Positions 9,549 to 18,019 are shown, counted from the first letter of the stretch. The stretch: DNA of 64,000 bases from Candidatus Eiseniibacteriota bacterium (GCA_041483195.1 JBGPFC010000023.1:1-64000); one strand, 5' to 3'. Numbers and translations are program-made. The notes: generated by a model not told the origin, from the sequence alone.

Positions 9549-9968
9549 ATGGATCTGAAGGCTCCTGATGAATGCGGCTTCTCGCTCATGGAGGTGATCG
9601 TCGCGACCGTCGTCGCGACGATCGCCGTCATCGGCCTCGCGTACAGCTTTAGCCTGGGGCGCTCGTTCATCGATCGCTTCGAGGTGGCGCGCGCGGCGCT
9701 GGCCGAGGCGCAGCGCCGCATGGAGACGCTGGTCGTGGCCCAAGTTGATTCGCCAGATCTCACCGTGGGCACCCACCCAGCCCTCCCGATGCCATTCAGC
9801 TACGAGGGGCGTGCAATGGGTTCGGAGATCTGGACCGTGACGTGGTTCGACGATCCGGGGACGATCGGAACAACGCAGGACTTGAAGCGCGTCACTGTGC
9901 GCATTCAATGGCCGTCCGGTTCCATCACCGATAGCGTGAGCGTCACGCGGCTTTTTCCCCGCCCATGA
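9549..9968 (+). CDS. Minor pilin, PilV/GspI-like
   Basis: G|FSLMEVIVATVVATIAVIGL; C-terminal 'LKRVTVRIQW'. Confidence 0.8.
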   Translation: MDLKAPDECGFSLMEVIVATVVATIAVIGLAYSFSLGRSFIDRFEVARAALAEAQRRMETLVVAQVDSPDLTVGTHPALPMPFSYEGRAMGSEIWTVTWFDDPGTIGTTQDLKRVTVRIQWPSGSITDSVSVTRLFPRP

Positions 9969-10459
9969 TCGTTCGCGCGCGGCTCGAGGAACGCGGATTC
10001 ACGTTGACCGAGCTGGTGGTGGTCATGGTGCTCGCGTCGGTGGTCACGCTGGGGCTCGTCATCTTCTACCTCCACGCGCAGCTGATCTGGATGGAAGGCT
10101 CGACCCAGGCGCTGGCTCAGCGCGACGGCACCGCCCTCGTGGAGTTCATCACCACCCGCGCGCGAGCCTGCCAGTCCGCGACCGTGATCGACTCCCCCGA
10201 TCCGCTGCATCAGAAGATCATCCTCGTCGACCAACTCGGCGAGAGTGACTTCCGCTGGGACCTGGCCGACAGCTTGGTCCACGCGGACACACTCATCGCC
10301 GGGGTATGGAACGATAAGGGCCCCGCGGTCCAGTCGAAGGTCACCCGCTTTCAGCTCGAGCGCGACGCGAACCTCGTGTTCTTGAACATGCTCGAGGTCG
10401 AGAGCGCGAACGGCGCGAAGGTGCAGTTGTCGAGCACGGCCGCGTTCTACAATCGCTAG
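9965..10459 (+). CDS. Minor pilin, PilW/GspJ-like
   Basis: G|FTLTELVVVMVLASVV; ATGA overlap with the preceding gene. Confidence 0.8.
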   Translation: MIVRARLEERGFTLTELVVVMVLASVVTLGLVIFYLHAQLIWMEGSTQALAQRDGTALVEFITTRARACQSATVIDSPDPLHQKIILVDQLGESDFRWDLADSLVHADTLIAGVWNDKGPAVQSKVTRFQLERDANLVFLNMLEVESANGAKVQLSSTAAFYNR

Positions 10460-10465
10460 GTGCCC

Positions 10466-11719
10466 ATGACCTCGATTGCCGATGCCCGATCTCAGGCCGT
10501 CGGCCCAGCCGAGTCCGGATTCGTGCTGATGGGCGTCGTGGTGTTCGTCCTCGCGCTGACGATTCTCGGGCTCTCGCTCTTCAGCCTCTCGTCCTACGAG
10601 GCCCAGTTCCTCGGAAGGTCGCTCGACCAGACCAAGGCGTTCTACTCCGCGAGTGGCGGCCTCGAGCGGGCAAAGTACGTGCTGGGCGCGACCGGCCGCC
10701 TCGAACAGGTGGGCCAGAATCTTCCGATGGAAGGCGTGATCACGGCGGTCGCGATCCAAGACCAGGGCGGCGTGCCGAAGACCAATGGTCCAATCCAGTG
10801 GGGCGGCAGCGACGTGCTGATCCAGGTGACGGCGCAGGAGAGCGACCGGATCCGAGCGCTGAGCGGAACGTTCCACCCCGAACCGAACGTGGACTACTAC
10901 AAGCGCATCGTGACGGTCACGGACCAGCTCCTCATCAACGATTCGGACGCCGACGACGCGAACGTTTGCGGCATGGTTCACCTCAATGGCGGACTCTGGA
11001 TCGCGAGCGGCGACAGCACGACGGTCCATAGCTGCGCTTCGTACCAGGACCCGATTCGAGTGGACGCGTTGCCGACACCGGACGTCGCCACGTTTATCGG
11101 CAGCCACCTGCCGCTCGCCGCGACTGCCCCCTACCCGCCCGGCAACGGCAATCCGGTCTATGTCCTGAACGCGGGTTCCGCCTCCGTCGGCTACTTCAAG
11201 ACCCCCGACCAGGGAACGGACCTCGGCCTCCACGACGGGCGCGGCAGTCCGATGCTCAAGATCGGAGGCCGCGTGGTCTGGATGTTTCCGAGCGGCGTGC
11301 GCTTCGACTCCCACGTCAGTGTCGAAGCGACCACGCCGGACGCATGCCTGGTCATCATGGCTCAACACGGCAGCAGCGGCGATGACCCAAACGCGGCGAT
11401 CTGGTTCTTCAGCAGCCTAGTGAACGTCAACCACATTCCGATCATTCTCGTCTCGGACGCGCGGGTTCTCATCGAGAACACCTTCAACCAGGGCAATCCA
11501 AACGGCATGCTCGACCACATCTCGATCTTCGCGCAGGACGTCAAGCTAACCGGGCCCAAGCCTCCCTTTTACATGACACTCTCCCACCCGCTCGGCGACC
11601 CCGCGGACGCGATGATCGACACCCTGTTCTCGCATCAGGCGCTGCCCAACGTCACGACCATCGGAGCCGTGGGCGACCTCACGCTCATCCCCGGTAGCTG
11701 GCGCGAATCCGGCAATTGA
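10466..11719 (+). CDS. Large minor pilin, PilX/GspK-like
   Basis: G|FVLMGVVVFVLALTILG lacks Glu5, as in PilX/GspK; 'KAFYSASGGLERA' matches the PilX N-terminal helix; large beta-rich C-terminal domain. Confidence 0.75.
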   Translation: MTSIADARSQAVGPAESGFVLMGVVVFVLALTILGLSLFSLSSYEAQFLGRSLDQTKAFYSASGGLERAKYVLGATGRLEQVGQNLPMEGVITAVAIQDQGGVPKTNGPIQWGGSDVLIQVTAQESDRIRALSGTFHPEPNVDYYKRIVTVTDQLLINDSDADDANVCGMVHLNGGLWIASGDSTTVHSCASYQDPIRVDALPTPDVATFIGSHLPLAATAPYPPGNGNPVYVLNAGSASVGYFKTPDQGTDLGLHDGRGSPMLKIGGRVVWMFPSGVRFDSHVSVEATTPDACLVIMAQHGSSGDDPNAAIWFFSSLVNVNHIPIILVSDARVLIENTFNQGNPNGMLDHISIFAQDVKLTGPKPPFYMTLSHPLGDPADAMIDTLFSHQALPNVTTIGAVGDLTLIPGSWRESGN

Positions 11720-11734
11720 TTTAAAACTCCACGC

Positions 11735-12790
11735 ATGAGAGCAGGGATTCGCTCCCGGCCGTGGGCCGGCCTCGACGTGGGATCGTTCAGCGTCAAGCTG
11801 ATCGCCGTTCAAGCCGGCGTCGGTGCGACGCATCATTGGGCCACGGAACAGGTGCTCCCCCCCGCAGCCGACGGCAATCGCGGGCCGAATCCCGAATCGA
11901 TCGCGCGTGCCATCGACCACTGTATTTCCCGCGCGGGCCTCACCCCCCGTTCCTTCCGAGGCGTCAGCCTAGGCATCGCCGGCACCGACGTGATCGTCAA
12001 GCAGATCTCGCTCCCGCTGCTGGATGACGACGAGGTGGGGCCGGCGCTGCGATTCGAGGCGCGCAAGCACCTGCCGTTCGATCCGCAGAGCATGGTCATC
12101 GACTTTCAGATCATCGGGCGCTATGCGTCCGAGAAGCGGCTCGACGTGCTGCTGGCCGCGGTCTCGCAGGACCATCTCGCGAGCCACCTCGCGCCGCTCA
12201 GGTTGCTGGGGATGGACGCCGACATCGTGGACGCAACGCCGCTCGCGCTCACCAACGCGCTGGCGCGCAGCGTCGCGCTCGAGCACGAACCGCTGATCCT
12301 GCTCGACATCGGGCACGCCGCCTCCCACCTCATGCTCTACCAGAAGGGCGAGCCCTACTTCACGCGCCGCCTCGCGTTCGGGGGCCGCACGCTGACCGCC
12401 GCGATCGCGGCCGCCACCCGGGTGCCGTTCGAGGAGGCCGAGGAGTGGAAGCTGGCCGCCGGCTCGGACCAGCCGGGACTGCGCGTGGACTGGACCAGCG
12501 CCGAAATGGGCGCCGTGCTCGATTCGTTGCGCTCGGGCCTGGTCGAGGAGTTGCGCCGCTCGCTCGCGTTCTACCGCACGATCGGGCGGCTCGGAGATCC
12601 CGTCCTGCTGTGGATCTCAGGGGGCTCTGCGCGGCTGCCGGGAATGGCCGAGCATCTCGCCGCGCTGCTCGACAGCCCGGTCCGGCTGTTCGTGCCGTTC
12701 GATCCCGAGCGCGAGGGCGTTCGGGCGGACAGCGTCGCATCGGGCCCGCAATTCACGCAGGCATACGGTCTCGCGCTGAGGACCGCGTGA
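11735..12790 (+). CDS. pilM: PilM actin-like assembly protein
   Basis: 'GLDVGSFSVKL', 'EARKHLPF', 'DVLLAA', 'LLDIGH', 'SGGSARLPG', 'AYGLALR'. Confidence 0.9.
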   Translation: MRAGIRSRPWAGLDVGSFSVKLIAVQAGVGATHHWATEQVLPPAADGNRGPNPESIARAIDHCISRAGLTPRSFRGVSLGIAGTDVIVKQISLPLLDDDEVGPALRFEARKHLPFDPQSMVIDFQIIGRYASEKRLDVLLAAVSQDHLASHLAPLRLLGMDADIVDATPLALTNALARSVALEHEPLILLDIGHAASHLMLYQKGEPYFTRRLAFGGRTLTAAIAAATRVPFEEAEEWKLAAGSDQPGLRVDWTSAEMGAVLDSLRSGLVEELRRSLAFYRTIGRLGDPVLLWISGGSARLPGMAEHLAALLDSPVRLFVPFDPEREGVRADSVASGPQFTQAYGLALRTA

Positions 12791-12821
12791 GTCGCCCCGG
12801 CCGCGGCCTCGAGAGTCGTGC

Positions 12822-13397
12822 ATGAGCACGCTCTTCTCGATCAACTTCCGGCGCGAGGCGTACCTCCAGGAGGTCACGCGCACCCGCCGCCGGGTGATGT
12901 CGCTCGGCGTGTGGCTGACTTATTTCGGCGTGATGGCGCTCGCGCTCGGGCTCTACGGGCTGAACGGGGTCGCGTTGATCAAGCGCACGTCGCAGATCGA
13001 GCGGCAGGCCGCGCGATTGAAGGCGCTTCGGTCCGTGACCGGCGACGCGCGGATCGAAGGCGCGGAGCTGACCACCATAGATCGCTACGTCAGCAACCCC
13101 CGGAACTGGCGCCAGCGGCTGGGACGGCTGGCCGAGATCATGCCCTCCAATGCGCGCATGCGGTCGCTCGTGATCAATCCTCAAAACCTCAGCAGCCCCG
13201 CCGACCAGAACATGCTCGTCATCAGCGGCGAGATTCGGTTGCCGGCCGGTGAAGACCGCATGCGAGGCGTGATGGCCCTGCTCACGGCGCTCCACGACGA
13301 CTCGCTGTTCGCCGCCGGGTACGGCAACATCCGTCTCGCCTCGACCCGCATCGCGGAGGGCGCCGGCGTGGCCCAGTTCACGATCGAGTGCCGGTGA
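12822..13397 (+). CDS. pilN: PilN-like protein
   Basis: N-terminal 'INF' motif, one TM helix, coiled coil, ending 'FTIEC'; follows pilM. Confidence 0.75.
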   Translation: MSTLFSINFRREAYLQEVTRTRRRVMSLGVWLTYFGVMALALGLYGLNGVALIKRTSQIERQAARLKALRSVTGDARIEGAELTTIDRYVSNPRNWRQRLGRLAEIMPSNARMRSLVINPQNLSSPADQNMLVISGEIRLPAGEDRMRGVMALLTALHDDSLFAAGYGNIRLASTRIAEGAGVAQFTIECR

Positions 13398-13957
13398 TGG
13401 ATCCCATCCAGGTCGCATGGGTCCGCCGCCACTGGCAGGTGGTCGGCGCAATCGCCGTGCTGGTGGCGTTCAGCGTGCTGCACCTGCTGTGGTTCGGCCC
13501 GACGCTCGCGCGATACAAGCGTGCCCAGCGCGATGGGAGCGCGCTCGGCATGTCGCTCGATCAGGGCGAAGCCGCCCCCATGCTCCCACCGCGACTGTTC
13601 GCGCTGATCTCCGACAACTCCCTGCCCGCCGCCGCCGCGACCGAGCAGAGCGCCTCCGGCGCGCTCACCGCCGACCTGCTGGGCGATCTCAACCGTCGCG
13701 CGGGAGCGCACGGCATCGAGGTGCTGATGAGCGAGCCGGGCCTCGTCACCCAGCAGGGCGAGTACGTGCTGGTCGGGGCGCATCTGCGCATGCGCGGCCC
13801 GTACGGAGGATTCGTCGCGCTGCTCGACGACCTCGCGAGCAGCCGGCGTCTGCTCTCCGTCGAGAAGTTCAGCTTGTCTCCCAACGACGCCGGTCTCGCG
13901 CAGATCGACCTGGTCGTGAGCCGCTGCGTGCTCAAGCGCGCGGGAGGTCCGGGATGA
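13397..13957 (+). CDS. pilO: PilO-like protein
   Basis: TGATG overlap, one TM helix, 'RGPYGGFVALLDDLASSRRLLSVE'; position in the operon. Confidence 0.75.
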   Translation: MDPIQVAWVRRHWQVVGAIAVLVAFSVLHLLWFGPTLARYKRAQRDGSALGMSLDQGEAAPMLPPRLFALISDNSLPAAAATEQSASGALTADLLGDLNRRAGAHGIEVLMSEPGLVTQQGEYVLVGAHLRMRGPYGGFVALLDDLASSRRLLSVEKFSLSPNDAGLAQIDLVVSRCVLKRAGGPG

Positions 13958-14439
13958 AGCTGGACGCGAAACTCGTGATGCCCTGGATCGTGGCGGTGGT
14001 GGTGCTCGCGGTCGTCGTCGCGCAGACGGCGGAGGCGCTGCGCCAATCGGGGGTCTGGCGGTCGGCATCGAGGGTACCCGCGGTGCGGACCGTGGACCCG
14101 TACGACCACATCGAGCGCGCGCTCGCGCGGGTCCAGCCCGCGATTCCGCCGGGCGGGCTGCGCAATCCGCTGGCCTTCGGCTTCGTGCCCATCACGGTCG
14201 TCGGCCACCCGGAGGTCTCGCATCCTCGAATTCCGCCGCCGCCGCCCCAGCCGGTGCTGACCTCGATCGTGTGGGACAACGACCCGCGCGCGACCGTGCG
14301 CTGGAACAGCCACGATTATTCGGTGAGGCGCAACAGTCTTTTTGCCGATTTCCGAGTGTTGAGCATCAGTCGCGACGAAGTGGTGCTGGAGAGCGGCAAA
14401 GAGACGCTTCGCTTGAAGCTCCCCAGGAAAGGAGAGTAG
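13954..14439 (+). CDS. PilP/GspC-like protein
   Basis: ATGA overlap; N-terminal TM helix, 'LRNPLAF', Pro linker, beta domain 'LTSIVW...RATV...VLSISRDEVVL'; directly before the secretin. Confidence 0.65.
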   Translation: MKLDAKLVMPWIVAVVVLAVVVAQTAEALRQSGVWRSASRVPAVRTVDPYDHIERALARVQPAIPPGGLRNPLAFGFVPITVVGHPEVSHPRIPPPPPQPVLTSIVWDNDPRATVRWNSHDYSVRRNSLFADFRVLSISRDEVVLESGKETLRLKLPRKGE

Positions 14440-14441
14440 GC

Positions 14442-15722
14442 GTGACTAGAATGGGCTCGATGGCCGTCCGCGCGCTGGCGTTCGCGCTGGCGCTCGCGGT
14501 GACGGTGCCGGGGTCGATCTCGCGTGCGGAGGGTGCGAAGACCGTGACCCTCGACGCGGAGGACGCCTACCTGCCGGCCGTGCTGAAGATCCTCGCGGAG
14601 AAGGGCGACCTCAACATCATCACCGGCCCCGGAGTCACGGCGGGCCGCATCTCGATCCACATGAAGGACGTGCCGATCGATCAGGCGGTCAATCTGGTGG
14701 TGCGTGCGGCCGGGCTCGCCTACGAGCGCATCGGGAACTCGATCCTGGTGGCCGACGCGAAGTCGCTCGAGAAGGAGACCGGGCTCTCGGCCTACGTCAT
14801 CGAGCTCAAGTTCGCGGACGCGACCGAGGTCAAGGAGGCGCTCAAGACGCTCTCCGCCGAGGTCACCGTGGACAAGGGCGGAAACCGTCTGATCATCGAG
14901 ACCAGCCCCCGCATCATCTCGGAGATCAACGAGATCGTGCGGCAGCTCGACGTGCCGGCCAAGCAGGTGATGCTCGAGGCCCGGGTGGTCGAGGTCTCGA
15001 CCGACGACGTCAAGAAGCTCGGGATCGACTGGGACCAGCTCTCGCAGCAGGGCGCGGTGTTCGTCGAGGGCAGCTACGACTCGTCCATCGGCTCGGGCGC
15101 GAGCGCGAACTTCACCAACCTGAAGGTGTTCAAGAACCCGCCCGGATCGCACGACATCTTCAAGTTCAACAACTTCTCGCGCACCGCGCTGGTGTACCGC
15201 GTGGCGCTCGACCTGCTGATCCACGAGGGCAACGCGCGGGTGCTCGCCAATCCCAAGATCGCCACGCTGAACGGCCGCGAGGCCTCGATCCTGATCGGCT
15301 CGCGGATTCCGTTCACGGTGAGCGGCACGGTGTTCGCGGGTGGCGGCGCGGCGCCGGTGCAGCAGATCCAGCGCGAAGAGGTGGGCATCAAGCTCCGCAT
15401 CACGCCGCTCATCAACGCCGACGGCTACATCACGACCGAGATCATCCCCGAGGTCAGCTCGGTGATCGGCTTCAAGGGGATCAACAACGACCTGCCGATC
15501 GTCGCGACGCGCCAGGCCAGCACCACGGTGCGGCTCAAGGACGGCAACTCGGTCATCATCGGCGGACTGCTCAGCGAGGAAAAGACCACGGCGATCACGA
15601 AGGTCCCGATCCTGGGCTCGATCCCGATCCTGGGCTATCTGTTCCAGCACCAGGCGATCAGCACCTCGAAGAAGGATCTGGTGATCGAGGTCACGCCGCG
15701 CATCATGCCGGATCAACAGTAG
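14442..15722 (+). CDS. pilQ: Secretin, PilQ-like (short form)
   Basis: Signal peptide, N0 and N3 domains, 'KQVMLEARVVEV', 'LANPKIATLNG', 'GIKLRITP', 'KVPILGSIPILGYLF'. Start GTG 14442 after AGGAG (or ATG 14451). Confidence 0.9.
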   Translation: MTRMGSMAVRALAFALALAVTVPGSISRAEGAKTVTLDAEDAYLPAVLKILAEKGDLNIITGPGVTAGRISIHMKDVPIDQAVNLVVRAAGLAYERIGNSILVADAKSLEKETGLSAYVIELKFADATEVKEALKTLSAEVTVDKGGNRLIIETSPRIISEINEIVRQLDVPAKQVMLEARVVEVSTDDVKKLGIDWDQLSQQGAVFVEGSYDSSIGSGASANFTNLKVFKNPPGSHDIFKFNNFSRTALVYRVALDLLIHEGNARVLANPKIATLNGREASILIGSRIPFTVSGTVFAGGGAAPVQQIQREEVGIKLRITPLINADGYITTEIIPEVSSVIGFKGINNDLPIVATRQASTTVRLKDGNSVIIGGLLSEEKTTAITKVPILGSIPILGYLFQHQAISTSKKDLVIEVTPRIMPDQQ

Positions 15723-15760
15723 GACGGCCGGCGCGTCAGGCTGCCGCGGTCCGTGCGGTG

Positions 15761-16081
15761 CTAGAGACCCCGCGCAGCCGCGACCGTCACCACGCCTGCG
15801 ATCCAGCCAAGCCACTGCGCGACCGCGACCGTGAGCGCGATCGTCACCAGCGCCATGCCGGTGGTCGCGAGCACCGGCGAAGTGGTGCGGTAGCGGTAGA
15901 GACGCACGATGAGCAGCGGGATGAACAGCCCCTTGAGGAGCACGAACACCAGCCAGTGGTGCTGTGCGATCCCGGCGAGCAGCGGATTGCCTTCGCGGTT
16001 GCCGAGCCAGTGAATGCCGAGGGCGGTCGCGACCAGATCGAGGCTGTTGGCCACGATGGCGAGAAACAGCACGATGCGCAT
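15761..16081 (-). CDS. Small membrane protein, DUF5658-like
   Basis: 'NSLDLVAT...EGNPLL...LLK' with about three hydrophobic helices; start ATG 16081. Confidence 0.6.
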   Translation of the reverse strand: MRIVLFLAIVANSLDLVATALGIHWLGNREGNPLLAGIAQHHWLVFVLLKGLFIPLLIVRLYRYRTTSPVLATTGMALVTIALTVAVAQWLGWIAGVVTVAAARGL

Positions 16082-16161
16082 GGGGGACGACGCTCCGCTG
16101 GGGGCCGCGGCTCTGCCGGCGTGACGAGCGAACATTCTGACAGAGGCCCGCGGGCGCTTCA

Positions 16162-16953
16162 ATGGCGGACTTGATGAGCCTCGAGACGTATTGGACGATC
16201 GTGGCCGGGGTGCTCGGCCTCGTGATGGGCAGCGCGGTCACAGCGATCGCGTGGCGCGTGCCCCGCCACCGCTCCTGGGTGCGGGGCCGCTCGGCCTGCC
16301 CCTCCTGCGGGACGGCCCTCGGGCCGCGCGATCTGGTCCCGGTGCTCTCGTGGGCGCTCTCGCGGGGGCGCTGCCGCCACTGTGGGGCGGCGATCGCCGG
16401 GCGCTATCCGCTGACCGAGCTGCTGTGCGCGGCATGGGCGGTGCTGCTCTACCGCCACGACGGGTTCACCGTCACCTATCCGCTGCTCGCGCTCTGGGGC
16501 TTCCTGCTGGTCGCGCTGATGTGGATCGATCTGGACTTTCAGCTCCTGCCCGACGTGCTCACGTTTCCGGGGACGCTGATCGCGCTCGCGGCGGCACTGC
16601 TCGCGCCGGGCGGGGCGCATCGCGCGCTGCTCGGCGTCGCCGCCGGGAGCGGCGTGCTCTGGACGCTGGCCTGGCTCTGGATTCACGTGCGGAAGCTGGA
16701 TGGCATGGGCGGCGGCGACATCAAGCTCGCCGCGATGTTCGGCGTCGTGCTGGGCTGGCAGTCGAGCCTGCTAACGCTAATGCTGGCCGCGCTCGCCGGC
16801 AGCATGTGGGGCGCCACCCTCATACTGCGAGGCCGCGGCAACGGGAAGACCGCCCTCCCCTTCGGCACGCTCCTAGCCCCCGCCGCAATGGTGAGCTACC
16901 TCTGGGGCAAGAGCTGGGTCAGCGCCTACCTTAGCTTCATCACCGGCCGCTAG
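16162..16953 (+). CDS. pilD: Prepilin peptidase/N-methyltransferase
   Basis: 'RSACPSC', 'GRCRHC', 'IDLD..LLPD', 'GMGGGDIKL', 'PFG..L'. Confidence 0.93.
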   Translation: MADLMSLETYWTIVAGVLGLVMGSAVTAIAWRVPRHRSWVRGRSACPSCGTALGPRDLVPVLSWALSRGRCRHCGAAIAGRYPLTELLCAAWAVLLYRHDGFTVTYPLLALWGFLLVALMWIDLDFQLLPDVLTFPGTLIALAAALLAPGGAHRALLGVAAGSGVLWTLAWLWIHVRKLDGMGGGDIKLAAMFGVVLGWQSSLLTLMLAALAGSMWGATLILRGRGNGKTALPFGTLLAPAAMVSYLWGKSWVSAYLSFITGR

Positions 16954-16962
16954 CCCCGCGCA

Positions 16963-17044
16963 GCGGGGCGAGGCGGTCCGGGCCTCCCCCAGCCGAAGGT
17001 TTGCTTCTATGAGGCAGGGGGAGGCCCGGACCGCCTCGCCCCGC
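16963..17044. repeat. Long hairpin element, copy A (28-bp perfect arms, 26-nt centre)
   Basis: GCGGGGCGAGGCGGTCCGGGCCTCCCCC - AGCCGAAGGTTTGCTTCTATGAGGCA - GGGGGAGGCCCGGACCGCCTCGCCCCGC. Core shared with 38276-38355. Confidence 0.9.
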
Positions 17045-17073
17045 CGCACCGTCTCCGCACCGTCTCCGCACCG
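17044..17073. repeat. 11-bp tandem direct repeat
   Basis: CCGCACCGTCT twice, then CCGCACCG. Confidence 0.8.
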
Positions 17074-17209
17074 GCGCGAGGCCAACAGTGTGCAGCCACT
17101 TTGCTCCCGCCCGCAGTCGTGCGCTAAGCTACTCGCCGTACCACCGCATCTCGGTGCGGCGCCAAGCGACCCTCCCACATTCGCCCGGCGAACCCTCGAG
17201 GAGCATTCC

Positions 17210-18019
17210 TTGAGCACAGGGCCTGTGCGCCGCCGGTTGACCTCTGCCGGAGCGGAATCCAGGGAGCGATCAGCCGCCGCTCCGATTCGCATCGTCGTCG
17301 CCGATGACCAGCCCATCGACCGTCGCGGCCTCGCCGGGCTGCTCGCAACGCAGTCCGACTTCGAAGTCGTTGGCGAAGCCGCCTCGGGTGAAGAGGCGGT
17401 GGAGCGCTGCGCCCGGCTCAAGCCGGACATCATCGTGATGGACGTTATGATGCCCGGGATGGACGGGGTCGCGGCGCTGCCCGAGCTGCGCATCGCATCG
17501 CCCCTGACCCGCGCGATCATGCTCGCGGAGCGCGGCGAGCGCCGCTGCCTCGTGCTCAATCCGCCGCGGCCCGGCTCCACCGTCGCGCCGCCCTGCGGAC
17601 CCGTCACGGATTGCCTGCAGGTCGCGGTCGCGCGCGGCGCGCACGGCGCGCTGCGCCGCAGCGCGGAACCGGAGGACCTGTTCCGCGCGGTCCGCGCGGT
17701 CGCGGCCGGCAACGCCTGGTATGAGCCCGGCACCGCGGCGCGCATGCTCGAGAAGGCGATGGGGTCCGGAGCGCCGGGGCGCGAGCGGGCGCTCAGCGCG
17801 CGCGAGGTCGAAGTCGCTGGGCACATCGCCGACGGCCACTCGAACAAGGAGATCGGTCGCGCGCTCGGGATCAGCGAGGCCACGGTGAAAAAACACGTGC
17901 GCGGAGTGCTTCATAAGCTCCGGCTCGAAGATCGCCTACAGGTCGGGCTCTACTTCGCGCGCAATCCCCTGCTGCTGGGCTCGCCGCCCCCCGAGCCCGT
18001 CGTCACGCGGCGGCGCTGA
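17210..18019 (+). CDS. NarL/LuxR-family response regulator (atypical receiver)
   Basis: 'IRIVVADD', 'PDIIVMDVMMPGMDG', HTH 'LSAREVEV...SNKEIGRALGISEATVKKHV'. Probable TTG start after GAGGAG. Confidence 0.85.
   Translation: MSTGPVRRRLTSAGAESRERSAAAPIRIVVADDQPIDRRGLAGLLATQSDFEVVGEAASGEEAVERCARLKPDIIVMDVMMPGMDGVAALPELRIASPLTRAIMLAERGERRCLVLNPPRPGSTVAPPCGPVTDCLQVAVARGAHGALRRSAEPEDLFRAVRAVAAGNAWYEPGTAARMLEKAMGSGAPGRERALSAREVEVAGHIADGHSNKEIGRALGISEATVKKHVRGVLHKLRLEDRLQVGLYFARNPLLLGSPPPEPVVTRRR

Noticed and set aside
16953..16969. Small hairpin GCCCCGC-GCA-GCGGGGC at the pilD stop as a terminator
   Set aside because: No U-tract, and it overlaps the much stronger 28-bp stem. At most an alternative fold.
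16991..17016. Hammerhead ribozyme resemblance (CTATGAG, CGAA) in the hairpin core
   Set aside because: Lacks the exact CUGANGA and GAAA core and the three-stem arrangement.
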